NCBI GenBank assembly: GCA_964291285.2
Contig: OZ219789.1
Location: 128,001 to 192,000, forward strand
DNA length: 64,000 nucleotides
From: Alphaproteobacteria bacterium
GTDB lineage: Bacteria > Pseudomonadota > Alphaproteobacteria > Bin95
Direction of reading: 5' to 3'
Shown piece after piece: positions 18,245 to 25,736 of the stretch. How positions within the stretch are numbered: the first letter of the stretch is position 1; every line of letters starts with the position of its first letter. The notes under the pieces were generated by a model. The model ran no database searches, was not told where the DNA came from, and saw only the letters and a list, made by a program, of their open reading frames with translations. A program made the translations under genes and the position numbers.

Positions 18245-19940
18245 CCTAAATCCGGCAGTTGACGAGCTTGATCGCTGTCTCGGGGTAGTGTGAACGGTCG
18301 GATTTGGGCGTGGATTTCAGCACGTGGTCGCGGCCCTGGGTGGCGGCAGCCAGGGTTGACGCCCCGGTTCGCGGCCATGGAGGTATTTCCTGAGCGCCTC
18401 GGCGAGGATGCGGCGCCAGCGATCCCCGGCGCTCAACTGCTCCGCAGTTTGCGTCAGCGACCGGAAGAAGCCGGCGATCCGGCGCAGCGCCGCCATCACC
18501 GTCTTGCGACGCCCGTGATGGGAGGTCACCGTCAGCCGGGTCTGGCCGGCGTGGTGGGTCTGGCGGGCAACCCCGTGCAGGAGCAGCGGCCGGCTGGTGA
18601 TCGCCTCGCGGTGATGGTCGGGGTCGGCGAGGCGCACGAACAGGCTCCACCAGTTGTAGATGAGCGCGATCAGCCGGGCCATGTGCCGGCAGCGCGTCAG
18701 GTCGCGCGTGGTGAAGCCGCCCCAACCCCACTGGTTCTTCAACTCGTCGAAGCCGTTCTCCGCGTCCGCCCGGTCGCGGTAGAGCTGGGCCAGCGAGCGT
18801 ATCTCCAGGTCCAGCGAGGTCGCCAGCACCGCGAACTCCCACACCCCGGTGCCGGGCTGCGCCTCGGTCCAGAACAGCTCGCCCTGGGCCTTGTCGCCAC
18901 GCGTCAGCGCCAGCGTCGCAGGAAGCCGCCGACGCAGCACCACAACCCGGCGCGTCCGGCTCCAGCCCTGCAGACGCAGATCGGCCCCGATCCCCGACCA
19001 GCCCTGGCCTGCATCCTCCCAGCCGTCCCGCACCATCAGCCGCTCGGCAAGCCGGCGCGCCCCCTTCGTCAGGCGCAGCTTGAACAAATAGTCCAGACCC
19101 GCAGCCTCGCACGACGCCATGTTGGCCTCGCTGCCCCAGTCCTTATCGCCCCGCACCAGACGCGGCCAGCGATCCCGACCGAGACGGTCGAGCAACGCCC
19201 ACAAGGACGGCGCCGCGCGCCTCGAATGGTGATGGTTGCCCGGCGCCACCTCGACATCCAGAACAAGCCGCGTGCCCGCCATCAGGAACGCATGGCAGGC
19301 ATGCGAGGGGCGGCCCGGCTTCTTCGGGTTGTAGCTCACAACCGCCCCCTCCTGACGACCGTAAAGCGCCTTGATCGTCGTGTCGCAGTCCAGAACCCAC
19401 GGCTCCCTCAGCAGCGGACGGACCACCTCGTCCAGATGGCCCTGAAGCCACGATGTGCCGACATCCGCACCGATCCGCTCCAGACCGCGCCGCACCGAAT
19501 CCTCGCTCGCAACCTTGTCCATACCCAGCAGCGCAGGGTTCACCCCGTCGCCGCGCAGCGACGTGATGTGCGCATAGCGAGACTGCCCCGCCAGAACCGA
19601 CAGAAGAACCGTCCCCAGGACATCCCGCTTCGACGGCGCGTTCGGGCTCGTGTAGTGCAGCGGGCAGTCCGCAACCAAAGCGTCAAAGCGACCGCTTACC
19701 TTCAGGTATTCCGAGAAAAACGCCAGATGCCCCAGCGGCGTCACCGCCGCATCAGGGTCCCATTCCACATGAACCGCGCCGCCGAAGGTGTCCACCTTCA
19801 CCGACGCTCGGGCGACATCCCGCACAGCGCCAGGATAATCACCCAAAGGGTGAGCCTCTTCGGCCCCTGAAAAGCCGCTCATACCCGCAGACTACAAGGG
19901 ATTCGGCAAGGCCAAGCCATCCTCAACTGCCGGATTTAGG
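18245..19940 (-). mobile_element. IS1380-family insertion sequence
   Basis: Perfect 18-bp terminal inverted repeats CCTAAATCCGGCAGTTGA / TCAACTGCCGGATTTAGG; 5-bp target duplication ATAAA at 18240-18244 and 19941-19945. Confidence 0.92.
18317..19882 (-). CDS. IS1380-family DDE transposase
   Basis: LDCDTT...YGRQEGA...YNPKKPGRPS, RGD and YRDRADAENGFDELKNQWG motifs. Confidence 0.9.
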   Translation of the reverse strand: MSGFSGAEEAHPLGDYPGAVRDVARASVKVDTFGGAVHVEWDPDAAVTPLGHLAFFSEYLKVSGRFDALVADCPLHYTSPNAPSKRDVLGTVLLSVLAGQSRYAHITSLRGDGVNPALLGMDKVASEDSVRRGLERIGADVGTSWLQGHLDEVVRPLLREPWVLDCDTTIKALYGRQEGAVVSYNPKKPGRPSHACHAFLMAGTRLVLDVEVAPGNHHHSRRAAPSLWALLDRLGRDRWPRLVRGDKDWGSEANMASCEAAGLDYLFKLRLTKGARRLAERLMVRDGWEDAGQGWSGIGADLRLQGWSRTRRVVVLRRRLPATLALTRGDKAQGELFWTEAQPGTGVWEFAVLATSLDLEIRSLAQLYRDRADAENGFDELKNQWGWGGFTTRDLTRCRHMARLIALIYNWWSLFVRLADPDHHREAITSRPLLLHGVARQTHHAGQTRLTVTSHHGRRKTVMAALRRIAGFFRSLTQTAEQLSAGDRWRRILAEALRKYLHGREPGRQPWLPPPRAATTC

Positions 19941-19960
19941 ATAAAATGAGGCGACGTCCG

Positions 19961-20090
19961 CCCTTCGATACGCGCCCCCTTCGTCAGGCTCAGGGCAGGC
20001 TGCTGACGCGGTCGCCACTCAGGGTGAGGGAAAAAACGAAACTCCGGGAATTCCTTCATCCCGAGTAGCGGCGGAGCCGCGTATCGAGGG
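19961..20090. repeat. REP/RIME-like palindromic repeat, copy 2
   Basis: Shares CCCTTCGATACGCGCCC, ACTCAGGGTGAGGGAAA and TCATCCCGAGTAGCGGCGGAGCCGCGTATCGAGGGACG with 751-865. Confidence 0.85.
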
Positions 20091-20114
20091 ACGACCGGAC
20101 TGCCGGCCGGCGTG

Positions 20115-20975
20115 TCATTTGCCCGCCTTCAGGGCTTTGGCGAACTTTGCCGCCTCTTCGGGTTTCATGCTGTAGCTGTGGTCCTCGTCCGGGAACAGTC
20201 CGGCGCGCACCTCTTCGGCATAGTCGGCGAAGGCTTCGGTCGCGATTTCGGCGATGTTGCCGTAGCGCTTGGCGAATTTCGGCTTGAAGGTATCGAAGGC
20301 GCCGATCAGGTCGTAGCCGTTGAGCAGCTGGCAGGTGCCCGCCGAGCCGGCGCCGATGGAGAAGGTGAAGATGCTCACCGCCTCGTCGACCGCCTTGCCG
20401 ACCTCGTAGGGCATCGCCTCGATCTCCAGGCCGATGGCGCCGGCCTCTTCGATAGCCCGGGCGTTGTCGACGATCTCCAGCGCGTCCTCCGCCGTGCGGC
20501 CCTGCATTTTGAAGCCGCCGTATTTGTGCACATAGTGGGGCAGCAGCCCGACATGGCTCATGACGGGGACGCCGGCGTCGGCGACCGCCCTGATGATGTC
20601 GAACATCTCGCGCCCGCCCTGCAGCTTCACCGCTTCGGCGCCGCTTTCCTTCATCATCCGCACGGCGTTCGTCACCGCCAGGTCGGCGGTGGCGTAAGAC
20701 CCGTAGGGCATGGAGACGAGGCAGAATGTGTTCGGCGCGCCGCGGCGGACGGCCCTGGTGTGCTCGATCATCTGGTCGACGGTCATGGGCAGCGTGTTCT
20801 CGTGCCCGTAAAGCGTCATGCCCAGGCTGTCCCCGACGCCCAGTATGTCGATACCGGCCCGCTCCGCCCAGGCTGCGGTCAGGCATTCGCCGACCGCCAC
20901 CATCGCCAGCCGCTCGCCCGCCGCCTTCCTGGCGGCGAGATCCGGAATGGTCAGTCTGGGGCGCCGGTCGGTCAT
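20115..20975 (-). CDS. panB: 3-methyl-2-oxobutanoate hydroxymethyltransferase-like (PanB family)
   Basis: GDSLGM, AVKL.GG, HVGLLP, GGFKMQGR, IGAG and PKFAKRY motifs; N-terminal motif is divergent. Confidence 0.82.
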   Translation of the reverse strand: MTDRRPRLTIPDLAARKAAGERLAMVAVGECLTAAWAERAGIDILGVGDSLGMTLYGHENTLPMTVDQMIEHTRAVRRGAPNTFCLVSMPYGSYATADLAVTNAVRMMKESGAEAVKLQGGREMFDIIRAVADAGVPVMSHVGLLPHYVHKYGGFKMQGRTAEDALEIVDNARAIEEAGAIGLEIEAMPYEVGKAVDEAVSIFTFSIGAGSAGTCQLLNGYDLIGAFDTFKPKFAKRYGNIAEIATEAFADYAEEVRAGLFPDEDHSYSMKPEEAAKFAKALKAGK

Positions 20976-21281
20976 CCGATTTCGTTCCATCGATTTTGCC
21001 ATACTACCGGGCCGCAACCCGATCGGGTCCGCTCCGGTCGATCCGACGGATTTCGCCAAGGCGCTCGCAGCGAAGCGTCATTCCCCGGGCACAGGCCGGG
21101 GCGCCGTCTGCTGGCCGAAGCGGGACTCCATCGCCTGCCGCCGCCGCATGGGCGGCGATCCGGTCCATGCGCCCTTCCTCCGCCGGGATCTGCCGACAGT
21201 GTTTAGGCCGCTTCCCGCGTTCCTGCAACGGGCCGTTTCCTGCCGTGCGCGGGCAATGTCGACGCTTGTCCGGGGGCATCA

Positions 21282-21353
21282 GTTTTCCTCTTGTTCGTTT
21301 TTTTGAAATAATTCCGTAATTGAGGCTTGCATTTTAGGAAAATGTGCTACAAT
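21282..21353 (+). promoter_or_regulatory. Putative promoter with degenerate alphaproteobacterial LexA box
   Basis: GTTT-N7-GTTC at 21282-21296; TTGCAT (21327)-N15-TACAAT (21348) with TGTG just upstream of the -10, in an AT-rich island. Confidence 0.5.
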
Positions 21354-21440
21354 GGGTCCGAGGTGAGCGAAGTCCGCGCGGACCGCTTCCCGCCCGCGCC
21401 GGCCCGGTGCGGAACGACCCCGATTCGACGCACAGGCGAA

Positions 21441-21497
21441 GTGCGCCCTCTGGCTCGCGCGCGCAATCAGGCGCGCGAACCGCGCCGGCGCCGACAC
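21441..21497 (+). repeat. 57-bp conserved hairpin core of dispersed cassette, copy A
   Basis: GTGCGCCCTCTGGCTCGCGCGCGCAATCAGGCGCGCGAACCGCGCCGGCGCCGACAC is 56/57 identical to the reverse complement of 46543-46599. Confidence 0.92.
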
Positions 21498-21591
21498 CCG
21501 CCCGCGCCCGCACGCGATTGCGCGCGGATAAGGGTCGCTCCCCGCCGGGCCTGCCTGTCGAACGCCAGCGGAACGAAAGGACCCGCACACC

Positions 21592-22581
21592 ATGCCCGTC
21601 ATCGACCCCGCCGTCGCGCTTTCCACCCGCCAGGAAGCCTTCTGCCGCCACTACACAGCGTCCGGCAATGCCGCAGACGCCGCAAGGCAGGCCGGCTATG
21701 CCGAGCGCTCCGCACGACAGACCGGATGCGCCCTGCTGGAGCGGCCCTACATCGTCGAGCGCGTGCGCCGCATCCGCCTGTCGTGGCGGCGCACCGAACG
21801 CGACGAGGCCCGCATCCTGCTCACCCGCTCGGAGCAGGCCTGGGACGCCGCCGTCGCCAGCGGCTCGGCCTACATGATGCTGCGGGTGCTGCGCTTCCAG
21901 GCCGAGATCGCCGGGCTTGTCAGTCCGGCCGGCGCGAACCGCGCCCGCCTCTGGCCGCTGCCGCACGAGGATGAACTCGGCGAGATCGAAGCGGGCGAGG
22001 CTCTGGAGACGGGCACCGAACCCGGACCGCTCGCAGACGCCGTGCGCCTAGGGCGGGACCGGGCCGAACGAGCGCTCGCCCGCCACCGCGAGCGGCGCGA
22101 GGAGATGGAGGCGCAGGAGGGCTTCGACGGGGCCGCGCATGAGGAGGACGCCCGCAGGCTCGCCGCGGCCGTCGAGGAGCGTTCCCGCCTGCCCGTCAGC
22201 TTCGGCCCCCCGCCCGCGCCGGCAAACGACCTGCCGCCGGCCGACGACCCGCCGGAGGAGACCTACGAAGACTGCCCCTGGGCCGCCGCCGACACACCCG
22301 GCCACGAGGACAGCACCGACGACGACCGGGCCGACGGCGCCGAACATGACTGGCTCTACCAGCGCCGCAACGGATACGACGACATCTACGACCCCTGGGC
22401 CCCGGAGGAGGTCGAAGAGCGCAGGCAGAGCCGCCTCGAACGGGAAGAGCGGGGCGGCGACGAAGACGACGATTGGAGCGGACCGGCGGCGAGGGGGAAG
22501 AAGCAGAAAAAGAAGAAGGGGAAAAAGCGGAGGACCGGCCCGGAGAACGCCGGTTCCGCCCCCGACCATGACAAAACATGA
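21592..22581 (+). CDS. Terminase small subunit-like HTH protein with long acidic/basic low-complexity tail
   Basis: LSTRQEAFCRHYTASGNAADAARQAGYAERSARQTGCALLERPYI matches the phage TerS (Terminase_2) N-terminal HTH pattern; AAGGA SD. Confidence 0.75.
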   Translation: MPVIDPAVALSTRQEAFCRHYTASGNAADAARQAGYAERSARQTGCALLERPYIVERVRRIRLSWRRTERDEARILLTRSEQAWDAAVASGSAYMMLRVLRFQAEIAGLVSPAGANRARLWPLPHEDELGEIEAGEALETGTEPGPLADAVRLGRDRAERALARHRERREEMEAQEGFDGAAHEEDARRLAAAVEERSRLPVSFGPPPAPANDLPPADDPPEETYEDCPWAAADTPGHEDSTDDDRADGAEHDWLYQRRNGYDDIYDPWAPEEVEERRQSRLEREERGGDEDDDWSGPAARGKKQKKKKGKKRRTGPENAGSAPDHDKT

Positions 22582-22593
22582 CATTCCATGACA
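22567..22593 (+). repeat. CATGACA x3 direct repeats at 10-bp period
   Basis: CATGACA starts at 22567, 22577 and 22587; the middle unit contains the stop codon of the TerS-like ORF. Confidence 0.88.
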
Positions 22594-22621
22594 CGGCGCC
22601 AGGGGCCGCCGCCATTCCTCT

Positions 22622-22707
22622 CCTCTCCCGCCTGCAGGAAAGGCCGGGAGGGGATAGGAGCACCGCGATGAGATCCCCTCTCCCGCCCGCGGAAGAGCCG
22701 GGAGAGA
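22622..22707. repeat. Two degenerate CCTCTCCCG...CGGGAG(A/G)G hairpins (REP-like, possible terminator)
   Basis: Hairpins at about 22622-22653 and 22675-22707 between convergent genes. Confidence 0.55.
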
Positions 22708-22745
22708 GCCAGCGGCCTCGCAGCGCCGCGAGGCCCGACGCCCGT

Positions 22746-23771
22746 CTATACGCCGGAGCGGACCTTCGGGATCACCTCTTCGGCAAGCATCGCCATTTCG
22801 TCGAGCACCATGCTTTGCGGCATGCCCGGGAACTGGATGCCGAACACGAAATGACTGATGCCGAAGCGGCGGACATAGCCGATGATCTGCTCCGCCACCT
22901 CGTCCGGCGAGCCGAACAGGAACCGGTCCTTCAGCAGGTCCTCATAGTCCTGGCCGAAATCGCCGTCATCCTCGGGCATTACCTTGTCCTGGCCCCATTC
23001 CTTGTAGGCGCGGTATTTCGCCATCAGATAGGGCTCGGCCGTGCGGATGGCCTCCTCGCGCGACCGGCCCACCACGACCTCGCGCATCATCGGCAGTTCC
23101 GCCGGCATCGGCTTGCCGGCCTTGTCGAGGGCGCGCTTGTACACTTCCATCTGCCGGGCCGTCGTGGTGACCGTGTTGTGCGGACTGATGAACCAGGCGT
23201 CCGTCAGCCGGGCGGCGCGCTCGATCGCCCGGTCGGCATTGGCGCCGACCCAGACGGGCGGCGTCGGCTTCTGGATCGGCTTGACCGTGCAGGCGGCGTC
23301 GATGAGTTCGAAATGCGAGCCCTTCATGGTGACGCGCTCCTCGGTCCACAGCCGCCGGATCGCTTCCAGGTTCTCGACGAAGCGCGGCACGGCGTCCTTC
23401 TGCGTCGTGCCGAACGCCCGGAATTCCACTTCCCGGTAGCCGAGCCCGATGCCGAAAATGAGCTTGCCGCCGCTCATCACGTCGATATTCGCGAAGATTT
23501 CCGCGACATCGAGCGGCTTGTGCAGCGGCAGCAGGCAGATGCCGCAGAGCAGGCGCAGCGACGGGCATTCGGCGGTCATGCGGGCCAGGAACGGCACCTG
23601 CTGGAAATCCATCAACGGCCAGGAGCTGTAATGCGAGCCCTTCATGATGGAGTCGAATTCGAGCCGTTCGGCGGCGCGGGCCTGCTCGACCATCTCGTCC
23701 CAGTGCAGTTTCGCGTCGTCGCCGACGGGGAACTGGCCCCGGTTCATGATTCCGAACTGAAGCGCCGTCAT
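22746..23771 (-). CDS. LLM-class flavin-dependent oxidoreductase (possibly F420-dependent)
   Basis: PLHKPLDVAE..A.IDVMSGG, GIGLGYR..EF and KPIQKPTPPVWVGA motifs; downstream of cofC. Confidence 0.9.
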   Translation of the reverse strand: MTALQFGIMNRGQFPVGDDAKLHWDEMVEQARAAERLEFDSIMKGSHYSSWPLMDFQQVPFLARMTAECPSLRLLCGICLLPLHKPLDVAEIFANIDVMSGGKLIFGIGLGYREVEFRAFGTTQKDAVPRFVENLEAIRRLWTEERVTMKGSHFELIDAACTVKPIQKPTPPVWVGANADRAIERAARLTDAWFISPHNTVTTTARQMEVYKRALDKAGKPMPAELPMMREVVVGRSREEAIRTAEPYLMAKYRAYKEWGQDKVMPEDDGDFGQDYEDLLKDRFLFGSPDEVAEQIIGYVRRFGISHFVFGIQFPGMPQSMVLDEMAMLAEEVIPKVRSGV

Positions 23772-23801
23772 GTCTTACCCCTCTCCTTCCCGGCGGCGCA
23801 T

Positions 23802-23979
23802 AACGCCGCCATTCGTGTAGTTCGCCGCGTTCCGCGCGGCGGCGCCAACGCCGCCATGCATTCAGTTCGCCGCGTTCCGCGCGGCGGCGCCAACGCCGCC
23901 ATGCATTCAGTTCGCCGCGTTCCGCGCGGCGGCGCCAACGCCGCCATCCGTAAAGCTCGCCGCGTCTCGCGCGGCGGCG
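23802..23979. repeat. 45-bp tandem repeat, about 4 units
   Basis: Units AACGCCGCCA-N8-G(T/C)TCGCCGCG..CGCGCGGCGGCG(CC) start at 23802, 23847, 23892 and 23937. Confidence 0.93.
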
Positions 23980-24677
23980 AGGCGCGCCGGTATGTCCGTG
24001 CCGTGCAGCCATGCAAGCGCCCGGCAGGCGCCGCCCTGCGCGAGCAGCATGCGCAAATCCTCGGGCTTGTCCACATCGAGGGCGATGCCGGGAAGCCCCG
24101 TGACGATGCGCGGCTCGATGCCGAGCGCGCGCGCCTCGGCCCTGTGCGGCCGGAAGCTGTCATGGCCGAAATGGAACGGGATGGCGTCGGGCGGAGAGCT
24201 GGCCACGCAATTGGTCCCGCGGCCGTCTCCGGCGGGCGTGAGCGTCACGGAGGGCGCGGGCCCGTGCGCCGCCAGGACCCGGTCGATCTCCGCCGGGGAG
24301 ACGAGGGGCACGTCGCCCGGCAAGGCCAGCGCGGCGCCGGCGCCGGCGCCGGCCAGCGCCGCGACGGCGTCGGCGACAGCGGGGCTCTGGCCGCGGTTGG
24401 CCGGTTCTTCCAGCACCGCGGCGCCGTATTCCTCCGCAAGTGCCTGCGCCCAGGTGTCGCGGGTGACGACAACCGTTCCTTCCAGGCCCCCCGCGCCGGT
24501 CAGCGCCGCGAGCACATCCTCCGCCATTGCGCGAAACAAATTCCGGCGCTCTTCGGACGTCAACGCCGCTGCCAGGCGGGTTTTTGCATGTTCCGGATTC
24601 TTGAGCGGCAGGACGCCCCAGGCAGATCCCGCCGTAACATTCCTTAACAAAGCGTGACTTGTGGGGCGGCGAATCAC
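23907..24677 (-). CDS. cofC: 2-phospho-L-lactate/PEP guanylyltransferase CofC
   Basis: LPLK...AKTRL, PGDVP, GRGTN, FG.DSF..H and LDVDKPEDL motifs. Start codon uncertain. Confidence 0.9.
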   Translation of the reverse strand: MIRRPTSHALLRNVTAGSAWGVLPLKNPEHAKTRLAAALTSEERRNLFRAMAEDVLAALTGAGGLEGTVVVTRDTWAQALAEEYGAAVLEEPANRGQSPAVADAVAALAGAGAGAALALPGDVPLVSPAEIDRVLAAHGPAPSVTLTPAGDGRGTNCVASSPPDAIPFHFGHDSFRPHRAEARALGIEPRIVTGLPGIALDVDKPEDLRMLLAQGGACRALAWLHGTDIPARLAAARDAASFTDGGVGAAARNAAN

Positions 24678-24731
24678 CTCGTTATTGTCTCCATACGGAT
24701 TCGCGGGTTTGGGAAGCCATAATACATCGCA

Positions 24732-25670
24732 ATGGGCGCACGAGAGGGAAAAGCGGTCGAACGTCTTTCGCGACGGGTAGATGGCGGTGAGCGCACTTTG
24801 CGGTCATCTATTGCATGCGAAGGCATCGGCATCCATAGCGGCCGAAAAGTGCATCTGACACTCGGGCCGGCTCCTGCAGGGCATGGATTTGTCTTCCGGC
24901 GTCTCGATGTCGCGGGCGATTCCGGCGTTGTGCCGGCCAGATGGGATATGGTCTCCGATACGACCTTGTGCACAGTAATTTCAAATTGTGACGGCGTTGG
25001 CATTCACACGCCCGAACACGTTCTGGCGGCGCTTGCCGGCGCCGGGATCGACAATGCCACAATCGAGGTCGATGCGCCGGAATTGCCGATTATGGACGGC
25101 AGCGCGGACGACTTCACCTTCCTCATCGGTTGCGTCAGCATTCGGCCGCAGCCGTCCCGGCCCCGGCGCCGGATCGAGGTCCTCAAGCCCGTCCAGGTGC
25201 AGGACGGCGAAAGCTGGGCGCGGCTGCTGCCGTCGGACAGCTTCAAGGTCTCCTGCACCATCGACTACGACCACCCCCATGTCGGCGTCCAGCAGTTCGA
25301 TTTCGATTCGGCGCGGCAGACCTTCCCGGAGGCGGTGGGCCGGGCCCGCACCTTCGGGTTCCTGGACGAGCTGGAATGGCTGCGCGCGCAGGGTTATGCC
25401 AGAGGGGCCTCGCTGGACAACGCCGTCGCGATTTCGCCGAACGGCGTGATGAATGACGGCGGTCTGCGCTATCCCGAGGAACTGGCGCGCCACAAGGTGC
25501 TCGATGTCATCGGCGACCTTGCATTGGCCGGCGCCCCGATTCTCGGTGCATTCCAGGGCTACAGGTCGGGCCACCGGCTCAACAACATGGTGCTGCGCGC
25601 GCTCTTCGCCGATGAATCGGCATGGAGATGGGAAGGCGCCGGGACGGAGGCGCAGCGGGTCGTCGCCTGA
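24732..25670 (+). CDS. lpxC: UDP-3-O-acyl-GlcNAc deacetylase
   Basis: GIGIHSG, TPEHVLAAL, ELPIMDGSA, ARTFG, HKVLD.IGDL and GHRLN motifs. Confidence 0.96.
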   Translation: MGAREGKAVERLSRRVDGGERTLRSSIACEGIGIHSGRKVHLTLGPAPAGHGFVFRRLDVAGDSGVVPARWDMVSDTTLCTVISNCDGVGIHTPEHVLAALAGAGIDNATIEVDAPELPIMDGSADDFTFLIGCVSIRPQPSRPRRRIEVLKPVQVQDGESWARLLPSDSFKVSCTIDYDHPHVGVQQFDFDSARQTFPEAVGRARTFGFLDELEWLRAQGYARGASLDNAVAISPNGVMNDGGLRYPEELARHKVLDVIGDLALAGAPILGAFQGYRSGHRLNNMVLRALFADESAWRWEGAGTEAQRVVA

Positions 25671-25736
25671 ACCTATGCTTCGGCGCCAGCATGGCATAAA
25701 CTGAAGCCTGCCCTTTCCCGTTGCCATGAGGATGCC

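Noticed and set aside
21592-22581. Intact prophage or GTA cluster
   Set aside because: No large terminase, portal, capsid, tail or integrase genes occur in the window, and the flanks are metabolic genes.
23862-23909. In-frame TGA codons as selenocysteine read-through of cofC
   Set aside because: CofC is complete before the TGA, the downstream peptide is just the repeat, and no recognisable SECIS is present.
23802-23979. Possible mini-CRISPR array
   Set aside because: The variable segments are only about 8 nt, two are identical, the repeat overlaps the cofC coding end, and there are no cas genes in the window.
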